Positions 50,631 through 61,843 of a stretch of 64,000 bases of DNA are shown one piece after another. The translations under genes and the position numbers were made by a program. Origin of the DNA: Blepharisma stoltei ATCC 30299 (Eukaryota; Protista; Ciliophora); NCBI GenBank assembly GCA_965603825.1, contig CBFDEM010000010.1, positions 124,001 to 188,000 of the forward strand, read 5' to 3'. Within the stretch, counting starts at the first letter, position 1. Every line of letters starts with the position of its first letter. A model generated the notes under the pieces. It searched no databases. It was not told where the DNA came from and was given only the letters and a program-made list of their open reading frames with translations.

Positions 50631-52142
50631 ATGTCAGAACCATCTGATTCAAGTGACTGGGATATGGAAGTTGACGAAGAAGATGACTTGCCACAGCCTG
50701 CACTGCTACGTCAAAGATCATATACAATTATGCATATTTCTGAAATCGAGCAGAGAGTAAATGAACTAGTTTCAGAGTACTCAGAACTTTTAGGAATCTC
50801 CAAAGATGAAGCTTTAATTTTGCTTTCTCATTTCCGCTGGAAACTCCACAAGCTGCAAGACGCCTGACTTGATAACGAACTTAAAGTTCGTATTGAAGCA
50901 GGAATTTCTTTGCCGCCAGCAGGCTATAAAGTAGCCCAAAGCAGGGGAAAAAAATTAGGCTCAATCAAATTGGTAAGAGGAACTGAAGGCTGCTGCCAAA
51001 TTTGCTATGAAAACAATGTGGACAGAGATGCCCTGCAGTGCGGGCATTCTTATTGTAAGAGCTGTTGGAGACAATATCTTGAACATCTTTTATATGAGCG
51101 AATTATAACAGGAACAAAGTGCCCTATGCATAGCTGTCCACTAAAAGTGCCTGAAAGCATGATTTTGGGATATTTAAAAGGAGAAAAAGCTGAGAATTAT
51201 AAAAGGCTAAAATGCGAAGAATTTATTAATCAAAACCAGGCTTATCATTGATGCCCAGCGCCAGGCTGCAATTTTGTTGTTGAATATGAAAATCTAGGTG
51301 TCCATGAAATCGGCTGCAAATGTGGGTACGTTTTTTGCTTTGCTTGCGGAGAAGAAGCTCATAGGCCAGTTACGTGCAGCTTGGTAAAAGATTGGGTTGT
51401 GAAGAATTCGGCTGAAAGCGAAAATATCACTTGGATTATTGCAAACACAAAACAATGCCCTAGGTGCAGGAATCCGATAGAAAAAAACCAAGGCTGCAAC
51501 CATATGACTTGTAGGAGAGAAGTAAATGGCTGCGGCCATGAATTTTGTTGGCTGTGCTTAGGACCTTGGACAGATCATAATTCAGCAACTGGAGGCTTTT
51601 ATAAATGCAATAAATATGACGAACTGATGTCAGGAACCAACAACGCATTTAAGCAAGAAGAGCACAAGAGAGAAAAAGCGAAGACCGAGCTAGACAAATA
51701 TATTTGGTATTTTGAAAGATATAATAACCATCATAAAGCACAGAAAATAGCTTCAGAGAAACAAGTGCCAGCAATGGAAGAAAAAATGCAAGAATTACAC
51801 GACTTAAAGCAGTATCCAATAGGGGAGTTGGAGTTCTTAAAGCAGGCAGCAGAGCAAGTAGTTAAATGTAGGAGAGTGCTGAAATGGACTTATTGCTTTG
51901 GATATTATTTGAAGTCTGGAGCAGAAAAAGATCTATTTGAACACCTACAAGAAAAACTAGAAGAAAATACTGAGCATCTCCATGAACTTATTGAGAAACC
52001 TTTAGATATGTACATGTCTCCGGATACTATTGACAGGTCTCCGTTTTATCAATACAAAAGTGAGCTTACTAACTACTTTCAAGTAACCAAAACTTTCATG
52101 GAACATTTATTAGATGGAATCGAAAGCGGCTTAACCGCATAA
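50631..52142 (+). CDS. ARIH1: Ariadne-family RBR E3 ubiquitin ligase, 503 aa
   Basis: RING1, IBR [W]CPAPGC, RING2 NTKQCPRC..PIEKNQGCNHMTC, Ariadne domain CRRVLKWTY. Confidence 0.93.
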
Positions 52143-52299
52143 TTGAATTAATAACTCATTTCCTAACTTTATAATGATTTACGATTTTTCTATGAGTGAA
52201 CAATTGTGAAAAATCGTTTTGTATTTTAGGAATTAAACATCTACATAGCGAAATTATTTTATATTTCAAACATTTGAAGGAAATAGTGCAAGCCCTTAA

Positions 52300-53304
52300 T
52301 TAATTAGCGGGTAGGAGCTGCTTGATAAGGTTTTGCTGCTCAGTCGTTAACTGTTCTGGATAATCTACCACAAATTTAACTATCAATTTCCCTCTGTGTG
52401 AATTCATCTCCGTCGTGGGCATTCCTTCATCTTCTATGATTTTCTCTGATTGTGGCTGTGTGATTCCTTCGTTCTCAATCTTCACAATATGTCCATCTAA
52501 GTGAGTGATCTCCTTGCTGTATCCTAATAAAGACTCTCTCAGTGTAAGTCTGACTGTAGCATGCAAGTCGTTCCCTTGTCTTTCAAATCTGTAATGATTT
52601 TTTACTCTAAGGGAAAAAACAATGTCGCCTGGAAATCATTCTGGATTTTGCTCTCCTTGACCATCAAATTTTATTTCACTTCCACTGTCCATACCTGGCT
52701 CAACTTCTACAGTAAAAGTTTTCATCCCTGATACTACTTTCTGGCCTTTACAAGCTTGGCATTTTTCAGAAATAAACTATATAAAAGTTACATATCCACG
52801 CATTCCACACCTCTCGCATGGAATTCGCATCCCTCCATTTGGCTGGGTAGTCCTTGTTCCTCTTCCACCACAAACGCTGCATAAGGCGATTTTCTTGTCT
52901 TTGGCTCCAGTCCCTTTGCATTTTTTGCAGATTTCGTTTCTTTTTATAGTGATTTCTTTGGTAGCTCCACTATAAACATCTGCCAAATCGACTTCTATGT
53001 TGAATCTAGAAGTATTTCCACGCTTCTTGTTGAATCGCTCTGGGTCGTTTATTCCCATTTCTCCGTAAATATCATAGATTTGCCTTTTGTCTGGGTCTGA
53101 TAAAACCTCGTATGCTTTTGTGATCTCGATGTATTTCGCATGGGTTTCTTTGTCCCCAGGATTTCTATCCGGGTGGTACTTGCTGAGTTTCCTGAATGCC
53201 TTTTGGATTTCTTTATCATCTGCATCTTCTGGAACTCCTAAGACGGCATAATAGTCACTACTTGCCTTAGAAAGAGCGAAAAGTAGCAAATAAATTAGAA
53301 TCAT
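52300..53304 (-). CDS. ER-luminal type DnaJ (ERdj3/Scj1-like), 329 aa
   Basis: Signal peptide, HPD, four CxxCxGx-type motifs, C-terminal substrate-binding domain; intron 52777-52791 and one TGA. Confidence 0.92.
52777..52791 (-). other. 15-nt intron
   Basis: gtaacttttatatag. Confidence 0.92.
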
Positions 53305-53313
53305 ATTAATTTT

Positions 53314-53871
53314 TTAATTATAAGGGTCATAACTATTGATTCGAAAAACCAGTCTTTTTAACTTTTCATTTTCTATAGAAAGTGAATTATTTTCCTTTAC
53401 TAAGTAATTAAATTTGCTCCTTAGTTCGAATTTCTGCTCGTTCTCTTCGTTGTTCAAAAATTCCAAAAGCAAAAGTTTGTGAGACTTCATCATTTCTGAG
53501 AACTATATTAAAGATACCTTGGATTCAAGCAAATTTTTATATAGTGATAAATTGTTCTGCGAAACTTCGCTATGTGACATTTTTATATCATTTCCGCATA
53601 TTTTATCCTTTTTGTCAGAAAATATTTTCATCTCTCCAACAAAGACCACTCTAGTGGAAACAAGTTTTTTTAAAGGAAGATTAGAAGTGGGATTAACAGA
53701 AGTCTCTTGAAAACACTTTTTTGAAGAATAAGCACCTATATCAGATTTTGACTTGTTAATTCTCGGCAACGGAAGCTTATTTGTGACTAAAGAATTGTAT
53801 TTTCTCTTAGAGATAGAGCAATCAGAACCTTCTTTAATCAAGTTGAAATTTTTTGAAGGATTGGTCATCAT
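53314..53871 (-). CDS. Hypothetical protein with a C-terminal leucine-zipper-like coiled coil, about 180 aa (alternative start 53913)
   Basis: Intron 53503-53517 joins the ORF to a 62-codon terminal exon. Confidence 0.65.
53503..53517 (-). other. 15-nt intron
   Basis: gtatctttaatatag. Confidence 0.75.
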
Positions 53872-54197
53872 ATATATAATTGTTAAATCTGATGAATTTA
53901 TCCATTTTTTCATTTGAACGATCAATCAAATGATGGAGCAATTTTGCGAAAGAAAGGGTAGAAACTTTTTGCAGAAAAAGTTCGATTAAAGGAAAAGTCT
54001 TATGAAAATGGACGGTTAAATGGAATTAAATATCTATCTTCTAATTATCCTGCAAATTTATTTTATTTAAATTTCTTTATTTACATTTTTCTAGCAAAAT
54101 TCATTGAGGTTATTTTATTATTTTTTATTGCTCTTCCCTTCATGCCATATCATCAATACTATTATTTGTAATAAATTATCCGTTATCGGCAACTAAA

Positions 54198-54944
54198 ATG
54201 TCTGACAACAAATGGGGAATAGTTAAGCACGGTCGCTGGAGTCCCGATGAAGATGAAGCTTTAAAATCTGCCATCAATCACTATGGTGAAAAACAATGAC
54301 GTCAGATTGCTGATCACGTTTCTGGTCGTACTCCAATCCAATGTCTGCACAGATGATCTAAAATTTTGAAACCAGGACTTGTTAAAGGTCCATGGTCAGC
54401 ACAAGAAGACAAATGTTTAAAGGAATGGGTTGAGCACGAAGGGCCTTGTAGATGGTCACATTGTTCAAAATTCATAAAAGGCCGTAGTGGAAAACAGTGC
54501 AGAGAAAGATGATTTAATATTTTAAATCCGGATGTTAAAAAGGGGGAATGGAAGCCTGAGGAGGATTCTCTAATTTTCCAAATGTATCAAACATATGGCC
54601 CAAAATGAACAATGATTGCTAAGTCACTCCCTGGCAGAACAGAAAATTCTATAAAAAATCGGTTCTATTCTGCTATCAGAAAAATAAAATCCCATAGCAT
54701 GATGAAATGTGAAGAAAAAATGGAAAAAGCCGATCCTGGAAACTCAGAAAATAATGGAAAAGTGCTTACAATAATTTCACAGATGCAACAACTGGAGAAT
54801 TTATTAACAAACACTAAAAAAGAAATTTCGAATTTGGAGAGTTCTGGAGATAAAGAAGAGTTTTATGGATTCGAAGGGGCGGAGATAGAGTTTTTTTCTC
54901 AAGGATTGCCACCTATATACGATTTTGATATGAACACATATTAG
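54198..54944 (+). CDS. R1R2R3 (3R) Myb transcription factor, 248 aa
   Basis: Three Myb repeats; four invariant Trp are encoded by TGA (KQ[W]R, HR[W]S, ER[W]F, PK[W]T). Confidence 0.96.
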
Positions 54945-55232
54945 GTTGTAACATCATTAATAAAATTACTAGGAAGATTAATGAAAAACCGTAGTTTTAT
55001 AAAGATAAAATTAGATATTTAAATCTTAGTCACTAAAAGAAAGAGATTCCAAATTCGCGAAATATTAATAGCTTATATGCTTATTCAAAGAAAAAGGATT
55101 TCTTAAAAAATTAATTAGTTTTAATAAAATAAACTGGACTATAGATAATCACTAAATGCGAAATTTAATAAGCATAAGTAAGGTTCTTTTTTACAAGAAT
55201 GAAATCTCATTACTAGTTAACTCTCGCGTAAA

Positions 55233-58200
55233 ATGGTAATTAATATCTATGCAGGAGCGGGAAAACACATTTGATAGAAATGCTTCTTTAAAGCGTCAAC
55301 GAGACTTAGACGGCTCTCAAATGCCACCTAAAAAATTTGCTCCGAGCTTCACATCAGACTATTTAATGCTCCCTAAGGACAAAAGTTCAGAAGAGTTCCA
55401 TACATTTCTGTCGCAATCTGGAAATGTTAAAGCTTTTTGGTACTTCCCAAATATAAAAAATCTAATTCGGAGCCAGAAAGAGCCTAAGTTTTCTGAGTGG
55501 TTCTCTACAGGAAATGGAATAAGGTGGCGTGTGCTAATTTTTTTTAATCGGAATGCTTGTGTTTCGTGCTTTGTTGAGATGGACTTTGAGCCGAATATGT
55601 GGACTTTGACGCGATCAGCGTATGTATGAATGGAAGCCCACATGTCTAACGGCATTAAAACTGAAAAGAAAGTGAGTTTGAATTTTCATAAAACTTTTAC
55701 TTTCTCGAAGAGAGATTGGGGCTATGATGATTTTATAGAGCATGATAAGTTTATGAGCTATCTAAGCCATCCTATAATTTTTGAAATCACAGTTAACCCT
55801 GTTTCTCCTCATGATGATTCTAAAGAGTTAACAGGCTATGTCGGGCTAATTAATGAAGGGACAACATGCTATATGAATAGTCTGCTTCAGACTTTATTTT
55901 TCTTATCGCCATTCAGAAGAGCTGTATATTCAATGAAAACAGGGGAAGAAGACCAGGACCAAATACCATTAGCACTCCAGCAGGTTTTCTACAGTCTCCA
56001 GTTTTATTCAGAGGCAGCATCCACAAAAGACTTAATTGCCAGCTTTGGCTGGGGATTAGACGAGAGAAACACGCAGCATGATGTGCAAGAATTTAATTGT
56101 GTGCTGAGCGATACATTAGAACGAAAAATGAAAGGAACTCCAGCTGAAGGGACTTATTCAAGACTTTTTGAGGGGAAGATGATAAATTACATTGCTTGCA
56201 CAAATGTTGATTTTAAGTCTGAAAGAATCGAAACTTTCACAGATATTCAGCTAAACGTAAAAGGCTGCAAAGATATTTATGAAAGTTTCGAAAAATATGT
56301 AGAAATCGAGGATTTAACAGGGGATAATCAATATGAGGCAGAGAACCTCGGCAAACAAGATGCCCGAAAGGGCGTGATTTTTGATCATTTTCCTCCAGTT
56401 TTGCTCATCCAACTAAAAAGATTTGACTATAATTCATTCATGGATAACACAATGAAAATTAATGACAGATACGAGTTTTTCGAAGAAATTGACCTTGATA
56501 AATATGTAAGTCTAAAATCCCGAGGCAACAATAAATATCGGTTATTTTCAATTCTCGTTCATTCTGGAAATCTCGCTGCTGGACATTATTATTCATATAT
56601 TTCTCCAAAGCTTAATCAAAATTGATATAAATTCAATGATGATTCTGTAGATTTCGCATTGCCTACCCAAGCGATTGAAGCAAACTTTGGCGGAGAAATC
56701 CCTACTGCAGAAGTAACAGAAAAAGGAGAAATCAGGCAGCTTGCGAATAAAAATGAGTCAAGTGCTTATATGCTTGTTTATATTAATGAAAATCTAAAAG
56801 ACGAAGTTTTGAGAGAAGTGAACAGGGAAGATATTCCTGAACCACTTCATGAAATAATTCACAGAAAAACTGAAGCAAAAAGACTGGCTGAAGAGCAAAA
56901 AAAATTAAAAAATGCAAAATTCGACATTTTTGTCGTCACTTTCGAAATGATTTTTGGGTGGGATAAGCCTGGCATATCTCCATCAAGTTCATTTTTGCAT
57001 GGCGAAACTATATTTGCAACTGAGAAAAGCAGAAGGTATAGGCTTAGCATTGATAAAAAGGACAATGGAAAAGCTCTAAAAGATTTTTTGCAAAAATATA
57101 CTGAGAAACAAATTAGATTGTGGGTATTCGCACCAGGATATAAAAATTGGGAGTTTAAAGAGTTAAAACCAGACGATATCGTAGAAAAAGAATTAGGTTC
57201 AACTGGAGAAAAAGCCATATATATTCAAGCCGAAGACAATGCTCCTCTATTTGTGCAAAGTGAAGAAATGGATACTGAAGATAGCCAAGTCTGAAAATTC
57301 GCCAGAGAAATTGAAGATACAGGCTATCAAACAGCAGATTCAGAAGGGACCGAGATTATGGAAGATACACTCTATGTCAACGCTTCTAACAACGAAAAAG
57401 TAACAGTTTTCTATAAGTGGTACTCCTATGAGAATGGAATCCCTACACTACAGTTAATTGACTGTGTCGTTTTGAGAAACTCTTGCACATTAGCTGACAT
57501 TCGGGCATCTCTTTATACCAAAATTTATGGATCAGACCCAGAACAGTTAAAAAACATGTATTTGCATCAGGAAAGATGCAAAACCCAAGAACCAAAAAAT
57601 AAAGAATTTATAATGGCAATCCACAGCTTCGAGCCAGAAAAAAACTTTGAAATTCCTATAGGCAAAAAAGCGTCTTTTGGTGTGAAATTTGTGACAATTG
57701 ACAATGGGGATGCTTGGATCGGGGAAATGGTCCCAAACCCTTTGCCTCCAAATTATATTGATGCGAAACGGTTTATTTCTGAGATGTGCAATGAAATATA
57801 TGTTATTGCAAAATATAACGATAAATATGAAAAGTATGGATACAAGAGCTACTCTAGGCAACTGATGGAACATATTGAATATAGCAATGAATTTCCTCTG
57901 AAAACCAAGTTTTCTTATTTTCAAAAAGATTTGATGCAACAATTAGCAGACATTTTTCGACCTCTTGAGCCATCAATAACTCCAGCCAACATCCAAATTT
58001 ATACGAAAAAGTCACATATGAGGTTTCCTCAACAACTGCCCTATCCTTACAGCGAAGAAGAAAATCCTCTGAGATTCAAAAAATCAAGCACCAATCCATC
58101 ATTGGCTTCAATTATAGAAAATTCTAATATTTTGTACTTTGATATCATGCCATTCCCGATCCCACAGCTGGAGCATAAAATAATTGTTTACTGCTATTAC

Positions 58201-58821
58201 CTGACTCAGAACTACGAAATGAATTATGAATTTTTAAGAACTCTCCCTGAAACAGCTACTGTAAAAGACTTTGATCAGGAAATCAAAAACGAAGTGATGA
58301 GCGTCATGAACACTGATAAAACGATAGACCTAGGGAGTTTAGAAGAGGTGAAGTATCTGCTTTTAACTCACCCGCAAAAAGCAATCCTTCAAGAGCTTGA
58401 GTATTCTAGCAATTTGTCAGTACACTCTAAAAATTCAAACGTCATGATTTGTATTCGAGCAGTTTTAAATAAAGAAAGTGAGCTCCGTCAAAACCCTGAT
58501 TACAAGAAAATTAATGTTTTTACATATGTCAAGGGTACTGAAATTTATTGTAACCCTCTTGCGGTGTATATAAAAAAATCTTGGACTTGTAAAGAAGTGA
58601 TACATTTTCTGCTTGATAATAGAGAGCCGAAGTCAAGGGTGATGATAACGAATTATTATAATTATGGAGAATCCCATGAATATAAGCCTCAAAGACCTTT
58701 AGAAGACTCTGAGGAATGCTTTTGTCCTAAGTATGAGGATAAAACTCTTGCGATAGAGCTTCCGAATCCAGAGGTGAAGAAAAGTGAATTAAGGTTTAAA
58801 ACTAATGAGACTTTAAGTTAA
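55233..58821 (+). CDS. USP7: USP7/Ubp15-like deubiquitinase (MATH + UCH), about 1189 aa
   Basis: MATH DWGY, Cys box GLINEGTTCYMNSLLQ, QHDVQE, His box LVHSG...GHYY, N[W]YKFNDD; three TGA. Start is ATG 55233 plus a 19-nt intron, or ATG 55249. Confidence 0.92.
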
Positions 58822-59382
58822 ATTAGCTTATTATGGAAATAGATATTTTAGTAAAGCTTGCTTAAAATTATTAATTTTTTAATGGAAATTCAAGTAAAAG
58901 AAGCTTTAAAAGCGCATTGAAGTCTTTTCAAAGGCATCATTTGCGAAAGCGCTGAATTGATATTAAATCTGTATAAAATAAAATACCATAATACGGTTTG
59001 GGTGTTTAATTTATTTATTAAAAGCAGTGGGAAGAAGAATTGCAGAGACCTAAGCTTAGGAGCTATTTCTGGGTTATGGTATACTTTGAAGATACGATTT
59101 CTTAAACTGGCTTAATATAATACTAATGAAACACCTATTAAAAGATAATTTTATTAATGTTGAGTAGCTCTAAGAAAAAGGATAAAAATAATAATTTTTC
59201 GTTAATAACAAAAAAATAAATTTTTTGGCGTTAAATTGCTATTGAGATTCATTATATATATAATAATCATCGTGCTATACTTTAGTTAAACGCTGATGCT
59301 TAATTTATGTATTTGTAAAAGTTGCATTTCTTAAATTTGCAAACAAAAGTTGAATAATTTCTTAATTTGGCCTAATAATCAA

Positions 59383-60022
59383 ATGGGAACCAGGAAAGTC
59401 CAAGGATTATATAATTCAGATTTTGATAGAAATGTCACGAATGGTGTCAATATCCCGCTAAATTACAATTTTGACGCGAATTCTTTCAATGAAGATAGAA
59501 GATATTCAATGGCTTTGCCATTGCATCAACAAATCCATATCCCAGAAACCCACTCTTTTTGTAAGCCTAGAAATGAAGTTATAGAAGATAAGTACACACC
59601 AAAACCAAGCAAATCAATTAACATTGATGACCCGCTAATATCGACAACGCCGATAATGGTATAAATATAAGCAGCACCCAAAAGATTCCAGGACCCGAGC
59701 AATTCCTTCAATCAATTTAGAAGAGCAATCACAAATAGCAGATTTCCAAGAAGGTGAATGCAAAATTGAACCATGGAAGCGTATGATTGGCAATGCTAGT
59801 GAACTTATGCTTCTTAAGGTAAATTCAACATAGTTTCAGGAAACTCTGATGGTAGAAAGAACAATAATGCTTGAAATTATAAATAAAGACTCAAAACGAG
59901 ACCAATTGTTGTTGGAGCTAACCAAAAAATTGGAAACTCTGAATAGAGAAAATGCCATTTTGGCCTTGGAAAATAAGGGATTGCATGATATGATACACAC
60001 ATGAAATTCACAGATCATTTAA
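59383..60022 (+). CDS. Hypothetical protein with a C-terminal leucine-zipper-like coiled coil, 202 aa
   Basis: Introns 59659-59674 and 59819-59833 give one continuous frame to TAA. Confidence 0.72.
59659..59674 (+). other. 16-nt intron
   Basis: gtataaatataagcag. Confidence 0.75.
59819..59833 (+). other. 15-nt intron
   Basis: gtaaattcaacatag. Confidence 0.85.
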
Positions 60023-60142
60023 ATATAAATATCTGGGATTAAGAATAATTTAATAGATTTTTAAGTGTTTTTAGCAAATAATATTTATTTGATAAGATAA
60101 ATTCTATTAGCAATTTTTATAATGATTTTTTTCTTTTAAAAG

Positions 60143-60267
60143 AGCTATTAATTGACTCGACCAATCCGTATATGGAATGTCAAGGTTTTGCTATATTATC
60201 GAATTAAAACTGCTGGGCAAGCTCCATAGCACCTTTATATGGAAGCTCAAAGCAAGCAAAAACATAT
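60143..60267 (+). ncRNA. Candidate H/ACA-like small RNA
   Basis: Two hand-folded hairpins, ANANNA (ATATTA, 60193-60198) and ACA (60262-60264). Confidence 0.3.
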
Positions 60268-60291
60268 TTTTAATTAAAGTGCTCGTTTCTA

Positions 60292-61597
60292 TTATTTATT
60301 ATCTAGCCCACTCTCAATTTCTTTGATTTGATTTATCATATTTTCAAATTCACTTACAGAGCTTCCAGCAAATGTCCTCAAAATCACTTCATATTTCTGA
60401 GCTTTTAACTGCTTAAACTTAGGTAAGTCTAAATTTGCTAACTTTGCTGCTGAAATTGAGCTGATTTTTGATAACGCAATAACTTCTTTTTGCATTTCAT
60501 CTATATGGCTTTCAATAATCTGCGAGTTTTTTTCTCTAGAATTCGTCGAAAATATTTGCGATAAAAGCTTTTTTCCAGTCTGCAGCTTTAAAATGTGGGT
60601 CTTCTCAGCCTCCAATTTTTTCTCGGTCTCTAATTGATATTTATCAATTTCTTTTTTTGTATCAACTGCTTCGATCATTGCTTTTAAATCAATAATTTCT
60701 CATCTGACCCAATCAAGCAATACAAAAAAAGGATTTGAATAAACTTCACGTGAGGAAATCTCCAGATTAGCGCTGCAAAATTGCTCCTCATAAATTTTAC
60801 TTAAATGGTTGATTCCATGCATGAGCTGTGTGAGTTGTGCTTCAAAGCTTTCAAAATAATCAACATTTATTTTGCATATACTTTCAAATTTCCCTAAAGC
60901 CTCAATGCCAATTTTAAAAAAAGTCTTGCCTTCGTTTAAGATTTTTTCATTTCCTTCATTGCGAGTTTCATTTGAGTAATCACGGAAAATTTCATTGAAT
61001 TTTTTGGAAATATCTAAGTAAGGTTGTTTTCTAAGTAATAACTTTCGATAAGCTCCTGGACTTCTAATAAATTGCTGAAATTCATCGGACTCATAAAGAT
61101 AGGTATAAGAAGCGATTCTACTGATGAATAAATTGTAAAGCTTCATCATTTTCTCAATAGATCTTGGGCTAAAATTACTCTATGTAGTGTTTTACAATAT
61201 TTTGCTTATGAGGGACTGGAGGAATATAGCATCCAGGCCAATTGTGAACTAAAACTTTTCTTAATATACGAAAGTCTTTATAATTCCTATGTGCTTCATA
61301 AGCGCCTGAGGAGTCATGGCCTTGAATTATATAAAACACTTGCTTTTTCATCAAAGTTGATTTTGTAGTGAAGCTGCAAACAGAAACTCCTATTTTATTA
61401 TCTAGCTCTGGCTCAGCAAGATAAAGAACGCTTTCGGAATTTTTATTAGAAATTTCAGTAATATAGTCTTCAGATAAATTTGCATCTGTATAAGCTGTTG
61501 AGTTGCTAATTGGTCTAAAGTCTGAAGAAGATAACGGATTGCTAATGGCTATGGATTTTCTTTGGGTATTTTCTTGACTTGTTTTTATCTCTTCCAT
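60292..61597 (-). CDS. Sorting nexin (PX + BAR-like coiled coil), 429 aa
   Basis: RNYKDFRILRKVL..NWPGCYIPPVP, YESDEFQQF; intron 61180-61195 and TGA at 60700. Confidence 0.88.
61180..61195 (-). other. 16-nt intron
   Basis: gtaaaacactacatag; restores the PX-domain frame. Confidence 0.88.
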
Positions 61598-61843
61598 ATG
61601 GTTATGTGCTATTTAAAATTTTCAACATAATTTTCATTAAGGTGCATAAAATATAAATATTGGTCATCATTACAGCTAGACCATTCAGCCAAGTTATAAA
61701 AAATTTACATTAAATTTCGGAGAAGTATTAATAAATATTTCATAAATTAATTCAAGTGAGCTACATTTCAAAATGATCTATTACCAATCTCATCTTTATC
61801 AATAAATTTTAAAGAATAATAAATTTAACAGTCAAAATTATAA

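Noticed and set aside
995-58821. Many genes appear to be pseudogenes broken by stops
   Set aside because: Breaks are TGA at conserved Trp positions or lie inside 15/16-nt introns; the frames are otherwise intact.
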